Shown here: one piece after another, positions 29,979-41,535 of the stretch
Layout: every line of letters starts with the position of its first letter
How positions within the stretch are numbered: position 1 is the first letter of the stretch
Source: Gemmatimonadales bacterium
GTDB lineage: Bacteria > Gemmatimonadota > Gemmatimonadetes > Gemmatimonadales > GWC2-71-9
DNA length: 64,000 bases
Reading direction: 5' to 3'
NCBI GenBank assembly: GCA_039794085.1
Contig: JBDIWC010000004.1
Coordinates: forward strand, 1 to 64,000
Made by a program: the position numbers and the translations under genes
The notes under the pieces: generated by a model
What the model saw: only the letters and a program-made list of their open reading frames with translations
Told to the model about the DNA's origin: nothing
Databases searched by the model: none

Positions 29979-32111
29979 ATGGCCACTCGCTCCTCGACCC
30001 GCTCCAAGTCCCAGCCCTCCTCCCGGCTCGACAAGGGCGACCTGCTCGACATCTACCGGATCATGTACCTGTCACGGCGCCTGGATGACAAGGAGATCCA
30101 ACTCAAGCGCCAGAACAAGATCTTTTTCCAGATTTCAGGCGCGGGGCACGAAGGGGTCCTCGCCGCGGCGGCCAAGATCTTCCGGCCGGGGCACGACTGG
30201 TTCTACCTCTACTATCGCGACCGGGCCATCTGTCTCGGGCTCGGCATGACCGCCACCGAGCAGCTTCTGTCCGCCGTGGCCGCCGCGGATGATCCCAATT
30301 CCGGCGGGCGTCAGATGCCGTCGCATTGGGGCCACAAGGATCTGAACATCGTCACGACTTCCAGCCCGACCGGCACCCAGTTCCTGCAGGCCGTGGGCGC
30401 CGCCGAGGCGTGGCTTCGGTACACTCAGAATGAGGAGATCCCCGACCGGGACGACCGGATCCGGGGGGACGAGGTGGTGCTGGTGACATCGGGGGACGGG
30501 ACCACCTCGGAAGGGGAGTTCTGGGAGTCCCTGAACACGGCCTGCAACCTGAAGCTTCCGATCGTGTACCTGATCGAGGACAACAAGTATGCGATCTCGG
30601 TTCCGGTCGAGGTGAACACGGCGGGCGGATCGATCTCGAAGTTGGTGACCGGCTTTCCCGGGCTCCTCATCCAGGAAGTGGACGGGTGCGATCCCATCGC
30701 CTCGTACGATGCGCTCTCCCGCGCCGTGGATCATGCCCGTCAGCGGAAGGGGCCGGCCTTCGTGCACGCCCATGTCATCCGCCCCTACAGCCATTCCCTC
30801 TCGGACGACGAAGTGCAGTACCGCACTCCGGAGGAGCGCGACGCGGACGCGGCCATCGACCCCCTGGTGACCTTTCCGGCCCGCCTGGTGGCCGATGGCG
30901 TCGCCACGGAAGCAGAGTTGGAACGGATTCGGGCCCAGGCGGATGAGGAGGTGGAGGTGGCCACCGAAACGGCCTTGGCGTCCCCCCAACCGGCGGCCGA
31001 CACCATCTACGACTTCGTGTACTCCCCGGACGTGGACCCGACCTCCGAGCAGTTCGACACGGAGGACGATCCGCAATTCACCGGGGATCCGACCACGATG
31101 GTGGACCTTCTCAACGCCTGCATGAAGGATGAGATGGCCCGGGATCCTCACATCGTGATGTTCGGGGAGGATGTGGCCGACTGCAGCCGGGAGGCGAGTG
31201 CCGGGTCGGTGAAGGGGAAGGGGGGGGTGTTCAAGGTGACCTGGGGGCTCCAGAAGGCGTTTGGAACGCACCGGGTCTACAACTCACCTCTCGCCGAGGC
31301 CAACATTGTGGGCCGGGCGATCGGGCTCGCGACCCGCGGCCTCAAGCCGGTGGTGGAGATCCAGTTCTTCGACTACATCTGGCCCGCCTACATGCAACTC
31401 CGGGACGAGTTGGCCACGATCCGTTGGCGGTCCAACAATGCCTTCTCCGCGCCGCTCGTGGTGCGGGTGACCTATGGCGGCTACCTCAAGGGTGGCGCCC
31501 CCTATCACTCCCAGACAGGGGCCGCCATCTTCACGGCGGTCCCGGGGCTTCGCGTGATCTGCCCGGCCACCGCCCTCGATGCCAACGGTCTGCTCCGGAC
31601 CGCGATCCGCTGCGAGGACCCGGTGCTCTTCCTCGAACACAAGCATCTCTACCGGCAGACCTACAACAAGGCGCCGAACCCCGGTCCCAACTTCATGATT
31701 CCGTTCGGAAAGGCCAAGGTGGTTCGCGAGGGAACCGACCTGACCGTGGTCACCTACGGTGCGGTGGTGCAGCGGTCCCTGGTGGCCGCGAAGGAGCTGG
31801 AGGAGGAACAGGGTGTGAGTGTGGAGGTCATTGACCTGCGTTCCCTGTCGCCCGTGGACTGGGAAACGATCCACACCTCGATCCGCAAGACCAGCCGGGT
31901 TCTGGTGGCCTATGAGGATTCGCTCTCCTGGGGGTATGGGGCCGAGATTGCGGCCCGCATCGCCGACGAGAGCTTTGCCTGGCTCGACGCGCCGGTCCGG
32001 CGGATCGCCTCGACCGACACCTTCGTGGCCTACGCGCCGGAATTGGAGGATGTCATTCTGCCGCAGGTTGGCACCATCCGTGCAGCAATGGAGGATGTGC
32101 TTCAATTCTGA
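29979..32111 (+). CDS. 2-oxoacid (probably branched-chain) dehydrogenase E1, fused alpha+beta
   Basis: GAGHE, GRQMPSH, GDG..EG..N TPP motif, HSLSDD, EIQFFDY, FLEHK. Confidence 0.93.
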   Translation: MATRSSTRSKSQPSSRLDKGDLLDIYRIMYLSRRLDDKEIQLKRQNKIFFQISGAGHEGVLAAAAKIFRPGHDWFYLYYRDRAICLGLGMTATEQLLSAVAAADDPNSGGRQMPSHWGHKDLNIVTTSSPTGTQFLQAVGAAEAWLRYTQNEEIPDRDDRIRGDEVVLVTSGDGTTSEGEFWESLNTACNLKLPIVYLIEDNKYAISVPVEVNTAGGSISKLVTGFPGLLIQEVDGCDPIASYDALSRAVDHARQRKGPAFVHAHVIRPYSHSLSDDEVQYRTPEERDADAAIDPLVTFPARLVADGVATEAELERIRAQADEEVEVATETALASPQPAADTIYDFVYSPDVDPTSEQFDTEDDPQFTGDPTTMVDLLNACMKDEMARDPHIVMFGEDVADCSREASAGSVKGKGGVFKVTWGLQKAFGTHRVYNSPLAEANIVGRAIGLATRGLKPVVEIQFFDYIWPAYMQLRDELATIRWRSNNAFSAPLVVRVTYGGYLKGGAPYHSQTGAAIFTAVPGLRVICPATALDANGLLRTAIRCEDPVLFLEHKHLYRQTYNKAPNPGPNFMIPFGKAKVVREGTDLTVVTYGAVVQRSLVAAKELEEEQGVSVEVIDLRSLSPVDWETIHTSIRKTSRVLVAYEDSLSWGYGAEIAARIADESFAWLDAPVRRIASTDTFVAYAPELEDVILPQVGTIRAAMEDVLQF

Positions 32112-32254
32112 GGATGGCCGAGGCGATCCGCCGGTGCCCCCGTTGCCTTTTGCGTGGGTTCTTGCGTTGTCCCGTAATTGAAGGAATCCACCCCTCCGCT
32201 GGGGCCGAGTCCGGTGTCGGCCCCACCGCTGAGGTCTACCTGTGGGAGCGGCGA

Positions 32255-33256
32255 ATGGCTCGCATCTTCGTGGCGGATGACAATCCCCAGGTGGCCGACA
32301 TCCTCTCCCGGATGCTGCAACGGGAGGGGCATGCGATCGAGGCCTATTCCGATGGCGCCTCCCTTCTCGCCCGGATCGGGGCCGACCAGCCTGATCTGTT
32401 CATCCTCGATGTGGTCATGCCGGGGATCGGGGGCTTCGAGGTCTGCACTCGTCTCAAGGCCGACCCCGCCACACGCCTTGTCCCCGTGGTTCTGGTCACC
32501 GGCCTGGGGGACTCCGAGAGCCGGCTCCAGGGTATCGAGGCCGGGGCGGATGATTTCCTCACCAAGCCGTTTGATCGTTCCGAGCTCCTGGCACGGGTGC
32601 GGTCCCTGCTCCGGCTCAAGTCGTACACCGACGAGCTCGATCGGGCCGAGTCGGTCCTCTTCGCCCTGGCGCGGAGCATCGAGGCGCGGGATCCCTACAC
32701 GGGGGGCCACTGCGAGCGGCTCGCCACCTTCGGCCGCGCGCTGGGACAGCGCCTGGGGCTCCCGGAGAGCGCGTTGGTCGCGATCGAACGGGCGGGTACC
32801 GTGCATGACATCGGCAAGATCGCGATTCCCGATCGGATTCTTCTCAAGGCGGGTCCGCTGGAGGAGGACGAATGGATCCTCATGCGGCAACACACGGTCA
32901 CCGGCGAGAAGATCTGCGCTCCGGTTCGATCGTTCCGCGAGGTGCTTCCGATCATCCGCTCTCATCACGAACGACTGGATGGCTCCGGCTATCCGGATGG
33001 TCTGGCGGGAGAACAGATCCCGATCACCGCCCGGGTGTTGCAGGTGGTGGACGTGTTCGATGCCCTGACCACGGAACGACCGTACAAGCGGGCCATGCCG
33101 CTGGAACAGGCGATGGGTGTGCTTCGCGAGGAGATGGCCCGGGGCTGGTGGGACCGGGAGGTACTGGGGGCGTTTGAGCACCTGATGGGGGAACGCGAGG
33201 ATCTTCGCCGCCTGGTGCCGCGGACGGACGGATCGAATCGGGTGGCCGGGGCGTAG
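32255..33256 (+). CDS. Response regulator with HD-GYP c-di-GMP phosphodiesterase domain (RpfG-like)
   Basis: REC domain (ADD, LDVVMP, KP); HDIGK, HHERLDGSGYP. Confidence 0.93.
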   Translation: MARIFVADDNPQVADILSRMLQREGHAIEAYSDGASLLARIGADQPDLFILDVVMPGIGGFEVCTRLKADPATRLVPVVLVTGLGDSESRLQGIEAGADDFLTKPFDRSELLARVRSLLRLKSYTDELDRAESVLFALARSIEARDPYTGGHCERLATFGRALGQRLGLPESALVAIERAGTVHDIGKIAIPDRILLKAGPLEEDEWILMRQHTVTGEKICAPVRSFREVLPIIRSHHERLDGSGYPDGLAGEQIPITARVLQVVDVFDALTTERPYKRAMPLEQAMGVLREEMARGWWDREVLGAFEHLMGEREDLRRLVPRTDGSNRVAGA

Positions 33257-33293
33257 AAGGAGCCTGTCTCCCCGGGTGGTGTGCGCGCGGAAC

Positions 33294-34073
33294 CTACCGG
33301 GTGCGGCGCGGGCCGAATGCGGTGAGGTCGAGCGCGTCCAGGCTCACCGGATCCACGGTCACCCTTCCATAGCGGGCAATCCAGTGCAGGTGAGGTCCGG
33401 TGACCCGGCCCGTGGCCCCGACCCGTCCTATCGGCGTGCCGGTCTCCACGGTATCCCCCTCGGCAACCAGGATCCGGCTGAGGTGCAGATACGCGGTGAC
33501 CACTCCGGCTCCGTGATTCAGATAGACCACGTTGCCCCCGTACCAGGTGGAGTCCACGAGCGCCACCGCGGCGCGGTTCGGGGCCACCACGAGCGCCCCC
33601 GGGTTACCGGCCAGATCGGTGCCCAGGTGGCGGCTCCGGATCTCACCGTTGAATTCGCGCCCCGTGCCGAATGCGCTGGTGATGCGTGTGGGACGTGGAC
33701 GAGCAAAGGGCCCCTCCCAGAGGCGCCGTGTGGTCAGGGCCTCGTCCGAGATGCGCATGGCACGGGCGTACTCGGCGGCGACGCGAGCGGCCAGGGCATG
33801 CCAGCGGCCGTCGCCATCGGATTCGAATCGCACGGCCTGCCCGGCGAGGGTTCCGGTGATGCGGATCAGCGTGGTGACACCCCGCTCTCGCACGACCATC
33901 TGAACGAAGCGTCCCTCCACCGGTTCTTCCGGGATGAGTTCGATGGCCCACGGTCCGATGCGCCCGGTGGGGGGGCCAGGCACCGGAAGGGGGACCATCA
34001 GGAGGACGAGTGACACGCCGAGGCATGGCCGGAAACGACGGATCAGGTCATCTTTGGCGCTCACGGGTTCCAT
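33294..34073 (-). CDS. M23 family peptidase (start uncertain)
   Basis: HLGTD (HxxxD), YLHL, TGPHLHW motifs. Confidence 0.85.
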   Translation of the reverse strand: MEPVSAKDDLIRRFRPCLGVSLVLLMVPLPVPGPPTGRIGPWAIELIPEEPVEGRFVQMVVRERGVTTLIRITGTLAGQAVRFESDGDGRWHALAARVAAEYARAMRISDEALTTRRLWEGPFARPRPTRITSAFGTGREFNGEIRSRHLGTDLAGNPGALVVAPNRAAVALVDSTWYGGNVVYLNHGAGVVTAYLHLSRILVAEGDTVETGTPIGRVGATGRVTGPHLHWIARYGRVTVDPVSLDALDLTAFGPRRTR

Positions 34074-34115
34074 CCACGGTACGCGACATCGCCACGGGAA
34101 GAGAGGAATGCCTCC

Positions 34116-35543
34116 ATGACATCCCAAGATACTCGCAGACGGTACGGGAGGCTCCCCCTCCTGGTCTTCACTCTCCTGTGGCTCGGGGAGGGTTCCGCGA
34201 TGGCTCAGGGTACCCGCAGTCCCTGGGATTCTCTGGCGCGGAGTCTCCTCCGGGAACTGGTGGAGATCAACACGACCGAAAGCTCGGGGAGCACGCTCGC
34301 CGCCTCCCGCGCCATGGCGGAGCGGCTGGTGGCGGCTGGTTTCCCCGCGGGTGATGTCACCGTGGTGCCGCAGGGAAACCGGAAGGGGAACCTGGTGGTC
34401 CGCTACCGGGGACGGAACACCGGAAGGCGTCCCCTGCTTCTGCTGTCCCACCTCGACGTGGTGGAGGCGAATCCGGCGGATTGGACTCTGCCGCCCTTCG
34501 AGCTCGTGGAGCGGGAGGGCACGTTCTATGGCCGCGGGGTGGCGGATGACAAGGACGAGGGCGCCATTCACCTCGCGCTGCTGCTGCGGCTGCGCGCAGA
34601 GGGGTTCGTCCCCGACCGGGACATCATCGTGGCCCTCACCACCGATGAGGAAGGCGGACCCGACAACGGAGTGCAGTACCTGCTCGAACACCACAAGGCG
34701 TTGATCGATGCGGAGTTCGCCTTCAATGAAGGGGGTGGGGGGGATGTGCGCGACGGCAAACGCATCGCCAACGGAGTGCAGGCCAGCGAGAAGATGTTCC
34801 AGAACTTTCTCCTCGAGGTCACCAACCCCGGAGGGCACAGCTCCCAACCGGTGCCCGAGAACGCCATCACCCGGCTGTCCGCCGCCCTGGTCCGCCTCGG
34901 AGCGCACACCTTTCCGGTCCGGCTCAATCCCGTCACCACGGCCTTTTTTGAGCGCTCGGCGCCGTTGGTGGAGCCGGAGGTCGGCGCGGCCATGCGGACG
35001 CTGGTGGTCCGCCCGGACGACGCGGCTGCCGCCCGGGTCCTCACCGTCGACAAGGCGTACAATGCCCTTCTCCGCACGACCTGTGTGGCCACGCTGGTGG
35101 ACGCGGGCCATGCCGCGAACGCCCTGCCTCAGCGCGCCCGGGCGACGGTGAACTGCCGGATCCTGCCGGATGGGTCGGCCTCGAATGTCCGGAGAACACT
35201 CGTGGACGTGATCGCGGATTCCGCGGTGACGATCACGCCGATCGGGACGGCGGTGGAAAGCCCTCCCTCACCCTTGGCACCCGATCTGGTCGCGACGTTC
35301 GAGCGGGTGACGACGTCACTCTGGCCCGGGGTGCCCGTGGTTCCGAAGATGAGCACCGGAGCCACCGACGGGCTCTACCTCCGGAACGCCGGGATTCCAG
35401 TCTATGGGGTCTCCGGGCTCTTCTACCCGGACACGGGTGCCCATGGAATGAATGAGCGGATTCCGGTCCAGGCGTTCTATGACGGACTCGAGTTCATGTA
35501 CCGCCTGGTCAGGGCGGTGACCAGCGGACACCTCGGGGCCTGA
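34116..35543 (+). CDS. Secreted M20/M25/M40 metallo-hydrolase
   Basis: HLDVV, GRGVADDK, DEE, GGHSS, GATDG, AHGMNE. Confidence 0.92.
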   Translation: MTSQDTRRRYGRLPLLVFTLLWLGEGSAMAQGTRSPWDSLARSLLRELVEINTTESSGSTLAASRAMAERLVAAGFPAGDVTVVPQGNRKGNLVVRYRGRNTGRRPLLLLSHLDVVEANPADWTLPPFELVEREGTFYGRGVADDKDEGAIHLALLLRLRAEGFVPDRDIIVALTTDEEGGPDNGVQYLLEHHKALIDAEFAFNEGGGGDVRDGKRIANGVQASEKMFQNFLLEVTNPGGHSSQPVPENAITRLSAALVRLGAHTFPVRLNPVTTAFFERSAPLVEPEVGAAMRTLVVRPDDAAAARVLTVDKAYNALLRTTCVATLVDAGHAANALPQRARATVNCRILPDGSASNVRRTLVDVIADSAVTITPIGTAVESPPSPLAPDLVATFERVTTSLWPGVPVVPKMSTGATDGLYLRNAGIPVYGVSGLFYPDTGAHGMNERIPVQAFYDGLEFMYRLVRAVTSGHLGA

Positions 35544-35596
35544 CCCGCCCCCGTCCACATTTCACAGCAGAAGAGACTCGAGTGCCAGGAGATCAC

Positions 35597-35851
35597 GTGC
35601 CCACCACCGCGACCGGGATGTTGCAGATCGCGTCTCAGCGCACCGTTGTCCGCCGAGCGCTTCGATACGGCGTGATCGTCGGAGCGTTGTTGATCGGCAT
35701 CAACCATGGCGGGGCCCTCCTGTCCGAAACGGTGACGACGGGGCGGATGGTCCAGATGGCCCTGACAGTTGTCGTGCCGTACCTGGTGTCCACCCTGTCG
35801 AGCGTGGAATCGGTGTTGGAGCAGAGAAAGAGGGAGAAATGTGACGTGTGA
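35597..35851 (+). CDS. NrtS-like small membrane protein (nitrate/nitrite transporter family)
   Basis: RRAL..IVG.LL..INHG and LT.VVPY.VST pattern; AGGAG RBS. Confidence 0.72.
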   Translation: MPTTATGMLQIASQRTVVRRALRYGVIVGALLIGINHGGALLSETVTTGRMVQMALTVVVPYLVSTLSSVESVLEQRKREKCDV

Positions 35852-35869
35852 AGTGTCGGTCGGTTGCCT

Positions 35870-35895
35870 GACTACCGCCTACCGCCTACCGCCTA
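35870..35895. repeat. CCTACCG heptamer array
   Basis: About 3.5 copies between convergent genes. Confidence 0.75.
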
Positions 35896-36699
35896 TTCCC
35901 TGGCCTTCCTGCATACCATGAGCTCCGTGCTCGGGCTTTCCCGCATCCGGTGGACGAGGCGTTTTTCCAGCGGATAGAGAACGGCACCGAGCGCGCCCCC
36001 GGCGTGATCGCTGAGGGCCGCGGGAGTGACCATGGCGGTCCAGGCCCACCGGGCGAGGCGTGAGGTGGTGTCGGCGGGATAGTTCATGAGGACGAACATC
36101 GGCACCCGGGAGACGATCTCGAACCCCGCTTCCCGGACCTGGCGTTCACTCTCGGCCAGCGACCGGCTGACCTGGTGCCGGACCCGCTCGGTGCCGTGCC
36201 GGAGAAAGTTGTCGGACCAGAGGAACCACCCCCCCGGCTCCAGCAGGGCTGCGATGTTCCGGAAGGACCGGGCCCATGCCTCGTCGTCCACGATATGGAA
36301 AAGGACGTCGAAGGCCGAGATGGCCGTGAAGGGCCCGAGACCGTCCGGGAGGGGGAGGTCGGTTCCGATGTCGAGCTGAACGAACGGGTGCTCAGGCCAG
36401 CGGGCGCGGAGCCGGGAAATGGCGATCTCGGTGAGGTCTGCACCGGCGATCCGGGGGACGCCCATCTGCTGCCAGCGCTCGACATAGAATCCCGTCCCGG
36501 CTCCGATGTCCAGCACCGACGCGGTGCTCCAGTCCACGTCAAGGCTCGAGGCCACCCGATCAAACACCTCGCCGCGGATCCGGTACATCCAGGAGTTGAA
36601 CCGCCGGCCCAGGCGAAGGTAGCCAACCCCGGCGAGGGAGTACTCCTCGTGAAGCCGCGCCTCCCAGTACGCCTGGTGGGCGAAGCCCGTGTCGGTCAA
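35893..36699 (-). CDS. Class I SAM-dependent methyltransferase
   Basis: VLDIGAGTG, DVLFHI, LEPGG; coupled to the kinase stop. Confidence 0.88.
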   Translation of the reverse strand: MTDTGFAHQAYWEARLHEEYSLAGVGYLRLGRRFNSWMYRIRGEVFDRVASSLDVDWSTASVLDIGAGTGFYVERWQQMGVPRIAGADLTEIAISRLRARWPEHPFVQLDIGTDLPLPDGLGPFTAISAFDVLFHIVDDEAWARSFRNIAALLEPGGWFLWSDNFLRHGTERVRHQVSRSLAESERQVREAGFEIVSRVPMFVLMNYPADTTSRLARWAWTAMVTPAALSDHAGGALGAVLYPLEKRLVHRMRESPSTELMVCRKARE

Positions 36700-38615
36700 C
36701 CAATCGCCTCTCTGATTTCCTTGGCGGCGGCGAGCTTGAACTCGATGTCGCGGGACAGGGCGCGGGCCTGCTGGGTCACCTGGGTCAGGTCTCCGATCGC
36801 GGCGCTGATCCCCTGGGTCTTGAGTCGCATCAGGTCGACCCGCATGTTCTGCATGGCGAGCAGGTGGGACTCGAAGCTCCCCAGCACCCGGGCCCGCTTG
36901 TCGTTGGCTTCGGCGTAGGCGGCCTTCTGCTTGTCGAGCATGGCGAGCTGCCGGTCCCGTTCCTCTCCCGCCGGCAGGGACCGCACCCCCTCGATGCGCT
37001 GCTCGATCCGGGCGATGCCCGTCTCACCCAGGCTCGAATCCAGGGAGTGGAGCATGCGAGCGAGGTCGAGACACCGCTCGTAAAGAGCGTTCGTCGTCTG
37101 CTCCACTTCGGGGAGTTGCTCCCGTTCCTCGGGGCGGAGGGCATCCAGAATCTGGAGAATTCCCTTGCGGTCGGCCCACGCCTGATGCACGGCTCCATGG
37201 TGGGCGCCAAACTCCGCCTTCTTCGGGGCGATCAGGGGGACGGTGGCGGCGCTCCCGGGCGCGCGGATCGCGTCGGGAGCCGGGGGGCGGTTCAGGACGT
37301 CACGCCAGCTGTACCCCGATTGCCAAAGGGTCGCATAGTTCTTGAGCAGCGGGATCGCCATGAATCCGCCGACCAGCAGGAACCAGGGACTGTCCACCCC
37401 CGTGGCCACGTTGACCATGAAGAAACCACCGGTCACCGCTGCCCAGCGGGCGAACTGGGCGCGGACACGCTGCACGATCGCCGGTTCACCGGTGTCACGG
37501 ACCAAGGCCGCCTCCGGCTCGCTCCGGTTGGCGCGAACCCACTCGCCTCTCTCGTTGCGAACCCACTTTCCTCCGGCCAGGGAACCGGTCCCCCGGGGGC
37601 GCTCCGCGGGGCGTTGGCCGGTGTCGGCTCGTCTCGCGGGCACCCTCCGCTCCCGACCCGGGAGGGTGCGGCCACGGGAGCCGGTCTCCCGGGCGAGACC
37701 GCTCCGGCGGCTTGTGGCGGTCGGGATCCCCGGGCTGGTGGGACGGTATCCGGTGACGGTGCGGCTCTCCAGAGATCGCCGGAGTGCATCGGCGGTGGGC
37801 CACCGGTTCTCCGGATCCTTTTCCAGGCATCGGCTCACGGCGAGGCTCAGGTCCTCGGGGCAATCGCGATGCGTGTCGTGCACCAGCGGCGCCACTTCCG
37901 TGATCTGCTTCATGAGGATACCGGCCACCGTGGGGGCCTTGAACGGAACCTCCCCCGTCAGCATCTGGTAACTGACGATGCCGAGACTGTAGATGTCACT
38001 CCGTCCGTCGATCTCGCGTTCGCCCGCGGCCTGCTCGGGGCTCATGTAGGTCGGGGTTCCGATCGCGACACCTGCTCCCGTCAGGGTGGCGCCGGAGGTG
38101 GCGGAGAGCGCCTTGGCGATACCGAAGTCGGTCACCATCACCCGTCCCCGGGTTCCCTCCAGGAGGATGTTGTCGGGCTTGATGTCCCGGTGAATGACCG
38201 AGAGGGAGTGTGCCGTGGCCAGAGCATCCGCGGTTTCGCGCATGATCCGGCGCGCCTCCTCGGGGGGAAGCTTTCCCCTCCGGCGAATGCGCGCTCCCAG
38301 AGACTCCCCCTCCACCAGACCCATCACGAAATAGACGAGCCCTTGCCCCTCGCCCACGTCGTGGATCGGCACGATGTGGGGGTGGGAGAGGCGGGCAGCC
38401 GTCTGCGCCTCCCGGGTGAACCGTTCCCGGATCTCTTTCTGGAACGCGAGTTCGGGGGGAAGGACCTTGATGGCCACTCGCCGGTGCAGGCGCTCGTCCC
38501 GGGCGCGGAAAACCACCCCCATCCCACCGCGGCCGATTTCGCCCTCGATGGTGTAGGAGTCACCCAGCGCTTCCTTCAACCGCTGGGGCAGTGATTTTTC
38601 GGGCTGTTCGCTCAT
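36696..38615 (-). CDS. Hanks-type Ser/Thr kinase with 2 TM segments and C-terminal coiled coil
   Basis: GRGGMG, VAIK, HRDIKPDN, DFG, GTPTYMSPE. Confidence 0.93.
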   Translation of the reverse strand: MSEQPEKSLPQRLKEALGDSYTIEGEIGRGGMGVVFRARDERLHRRVAIKVLPPELAFQKEIRERFTREAQTAARLSHPHIVPIHDVGEGQGLVYFVMGLVEGESLGARIRRRGKLPPEEARRIMRETADALATAHSLSVIHRDIKPDNILLEGTRGRVMVTDFGIAKALSATSGATLTGAGVAIGTPTYMSPEQAAGEREIDGRSDIYSLGIVSYQMLTGEVPFKAPTVAGILMKQITEVAPLVHDTHRDCPEDLSLAVSRCLEKDPENRWPTADALRRSLESRTVTGYRPTSPGIPTATSRRSGLARETGSRGRTLPGRERRVPARRADTGQRPAERPRGTGSLAGGKWVRNERGEWVRANRSEPEAALVRDTGEPAIVQRVRAQFARWAAVTGGFFMVNVATGVDSPWFLLVGGFMAIPLLKNYATLWQSGYSWRDVLNRPPAPDAIRAPGSAATVPLIAPKKAEFGAHHGAVHQAWADRKGILQILDALRPEEREQLPEVEQTTNALYERCLDLARMLHSLDSSLGETGIARIEQRIEGVRSLPAGEERDRQLAMLDKQKAAYAEANDKRARVLGSFESHLLAMQNMRVDLMRLKTQGISAAIGDLTQVTQQARALSRDIEFKLAAAKEIREAIG

Positions 38616-38896
38616 TCCTGGGCTCACCGGCATGCCGACGGGAAGACAACAAGGGAACATGACAATTTGGGACATTCCAGGACTCGAGGCAACTCCGACT
38701 CTCTGGAATGCGGGCAACGCGTGGATTCACGACCCAGTCGACCCCCTGGTACGGAAGAGCGCGAGATGTCCCGCCATTTTGGCGGAGGCTCCCGGAGGTC
38801 CGGTTCCATTGCTTCACTCGATGGCCGATAATCGAGTATTATGATGACACCCAAGATACGGTTGCGCAATGACTTGCGTCCTCACTCGCCAAGTCG

Positions 38897-38912
38897 TGGC
38901 ATGGCCGATGCA
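38897..38912 (+). promoter_or_regulatory. Sigma54-like promoter for lon
   Basis: TGGCAT-GGCCG-ATGCA; IHF-core-like CAATGACTTG at 38867-38876. Confidence 0.6.
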
Positions 38913-38979
38913 CTCGGGTGATGGAACGCCCGGTCTGACGCCGGACTGATCCCGCCGAGCGGGGAATGGAGAATCGTAC

Positions 38980-41535
38980 ATGAGCCCAACCCAGACGCTG
39001 CCGGTCTTGCCCTTGCGAGAGGTGGTCCTCTTCCCCGGTATCACCTCCACGATCGGTGCCGGACGGGCCGGGACATTGAAGGCAATCGAGGTGGCGCTCG
39101 CGTCGGAGGAGAAGCTGGTCTTCGCCGTGACCCAGAGGGAGAACACGGAGAGCATCCAGCCGGAGGGCCTGTATACGGTGGGGACGATCGCCCGGATCGG
39201 GCAGCTGCAGCGGGGGCTGTCCGGCATGCAGCTGTTGCTCCACGGGGAAGCCCGCGGTGTCGCGTTGCGTTATGACGAAGAGGATGGGCACCTGCGGGCG
39301 GTGGTCCGGGTGGCCGACGAGATTCCCCCGACCGATGCGAACGATCCGGGATTTGTGGCGCTGACTCGGGAGGTCCGCGAACGGGCCGCCGAATTGGGAC
39401 AGAAGTCGGGCCTCCCGGAGGAGGTGGTGCGGCAGGTGTTGGGCAACGTGGCCGAGCCGGGCCGATTCGCCGATCTGGTGGCGGGATACATCGATCTCTC
39501 CTCGGTGGAACGACAGGCTCTCCTGGAAATGGTGGCGGTGGAGGAGCGCCTGCGGCGCGTTCTGGTCCATGTGCAGCGGCAGGTCTCGGTTCTCGACGCT
39601 CAGGAAGACATCAAGAGCCAGGTCCAGGAGGAACTCGGGGAACGGCAACGCGAGATCTTCCTGCGGGAACAGCTCAAGACCATCCGGCGCGAACTGGGAG
39701 AAGGGGACGATACCGACGATCTCGAGGAGTTGCGGATCCGTTTGGAGGAACTGGAGCTTCCCCCGGCGGTCCGCAAGGAAGTCGATCGGGAGATGGGGCG
39801 CCTCACCCGGATCGGCCGGGAGTCGATGGAGTCGCAGGTGATCCGGAACTATCTCGAAACGATCGTGGAGCTCCCCTGGAACGTCCGAACCAAGGACCAT
39901 CTGAGCATTCCGGCGGCGGCCACGATCCTGGAGGAGGACCATTACGCACTGGGGGACGTGAAGGACCGGGTCCTGGAATTCCTGGCAGTGCGGCAGCTTC
40001 GAGGCCGGCGGCAGGAGGAGGCACGAGCGGTATCGGACGCGGAGCGTGCGAGCTCCGAGGGTCTGTCGGGAGCCACGGCGGATCCGGTGGAGGAGGGACC
40101 GGATGTCGCCGGTGATACGGTGCCGGAGGGAGGCACCCGGGCTCCGTCCTTGGCGGGGAACGAAGATGACCGGGCCAAGGGATCGATTCTCCTCTTCGTG
40201 GGGCCTCCCGGAGTCGGGAAAACGTCGGTGGCCAAGTCGATTGCCCGGGCGATGGGGCGCGAGTACGTGCGGGTGTCCCTCGGAGGGGCCCGGGACGAAG
40301 CGGACATCCGGGGTCATCGCCGGACCTATGTGGGGGCCATGCCGGGGCGGATCCTTCAGGGGTTGAAGCAGGCGGGAACCAAGAACCCCGTCTTCCTGCT
40401 GGATGAGGTGGACAAGCTTGGCGTCTCGTTCCAGGGCGATCCCGCCAGTGCCTTGCTCGAGGTGCTCGATCCGGGACAGAACGACTCGTTCACGGACCAT
40501 TACCTGGGTGTGCCGTTCGACCTGAGCGAGGTTCTGTTCATCGCCACGGCCAACCTGCTTCAGCAGATTCCCGCCCCGTTGCTCGATCGAATGGAGGTCG
40601 TCGAGTTCACCGGGTACACCGAGCGGGAGAAGCAGGTGATTGCCCGGAAATATCTCCTGCCCCGTCAGTTGGAGGAGAACGGGCTCCGCGAGGAGGAACT
40701 CACGCTGACCGATGAGGCCCTTGCCGAGGTCATCACCGGCTACACCCGGGAGTCCGGAGTGCGGCAACTGGAGCGGGAACTCGGCAAGCTGGCGCGGAAG
40801 GTGGCTCGCAAGGTGGCCGCGGATGAAGCCGCTCCCATGGTGGTGGATCGGGAGGAGGTGGAACGCCTCCTGGGCCGGCCCAAGGTCCATCCGGAGAAGG
40901 CGCTTGGGGAGGACGACGTGGGGGTGGCCACCGGGATGTACTACACGCCGGTGGGGGGGGACATCATGTTCGTGGAGGCCAGCACGATGCCCGGCAAGGG
41001 AGACCTGATTCTGACCGGCCAACTGGGTGACGTCATGAAGGAGTCCGCGCGGGCAGCGCTGACCTACGCACGGTCCCACGCGGCGGCGCTCCGAATCCCC
41101 GAGGAGATGTTCCAGCGGGACATTCACATCCACGTGCCCGCCGGGGCCATCCCCAAGGACGGTCCCTCCGCGGGCGTCACGATGGCCACAGCACTGGTCT
41201 CAGCGCTGTCGGGTCGGCCGACCCGGCATGACATCGCCATGACGGGGGAACTGACCCTGCGAGGCCGGGTGCTCCCGATCGGGGGGTTGAAGGAGAAGGT
41301 GCTGGGTGCCATCCGGGCCGGGATCACGCGGGTTCTCATTCCCGCGGACAATGAACCCGATCTGAAGGATCTGAACGAGGAGGCCCGGAAGAAGGTGGAG
41401 GTGTTCCCCGTCTCCACGCTCGGCGAGGTTCTGGCGCTGACTCTTCGAGGGGCCTCGTTCCGGGAAGGACGCCTGCTCTTTGGCAACGACGATCCCCGGG
41501 ACGTGGCCCCGTTGCGGGCGGGGTACCATCATTGA
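38980..41535 (+). CDS. lon: ATP-dependent Lon protease
   Basis: LON_N domain, [30 protein letters not shown]. Confidence 0.97.
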   Translation: MSPTQTLPVLPLREVVLFPGITSTIGAGRAGTLKAIEVALASEEKLVFAVTQRENTESIQPEGLYTVGTIARIGQLQRGLSGMQLLLHGEARGVALRYDEEDGHLRAVVRVADEIPPTDANDPGFVALTREVRERAAELGQKSGLPEEVVRQVLGNVAEPGRFADLVAGYIDLSSVERQALLEMVAVEERLRRVLVHVQRQVSVLDAQEDIKSQVQEELGERQREIFLREQLKTIRRELGEGDDTDDLEELRIRLEELELPPAVRKEVDREMGRLTRIGRESMESQVIRNYLETIVELPWNVRTKDHLSIPAAATILEEDHYALGDVKDRVLEFLAVRQLRGRRQEEARAVSDAERASSEGLSGATADPVEEGPDVAGDTVPEGGTRAPSLAGNEDDRAKGSILLFVGPPGVGKTSVAKSIARAMGREYVRVSLGGARDEADIRGHRRTYVGAMPGRILQGLKQAGTKNPVFLLDEVDKLGVSFQGDPASALLEVLDPGQNDSFTDHYLGVPFDLSEVLFIATANLLQQIPAPLLDRMEVVEFTGYTEREKQVIARKYLLPRQLEENGLREEELTLTDEALAEVITGYTRESGVRQLERELGKLARKVARKVAADEAAPMVVDREEVERLLGRPKVHPEKALGEDDVGVATGMYYTPVGGDIMFVEASTMPGKGDLILTGQLGDVMKESARAALTYARSHAAALRIPEEMFQRDIHIHVPAGAIPKDGPSAGVTMATALVSALSGRPTRHDIAMTGELTLRGRVLPIGGLKEKVLGAIRAGITRVLIPADNEPDLKDLNEEARKKVEVFPVSTLGEVLALTLRGASFREGRLLFGNDDPRDVAPLRAGYHH

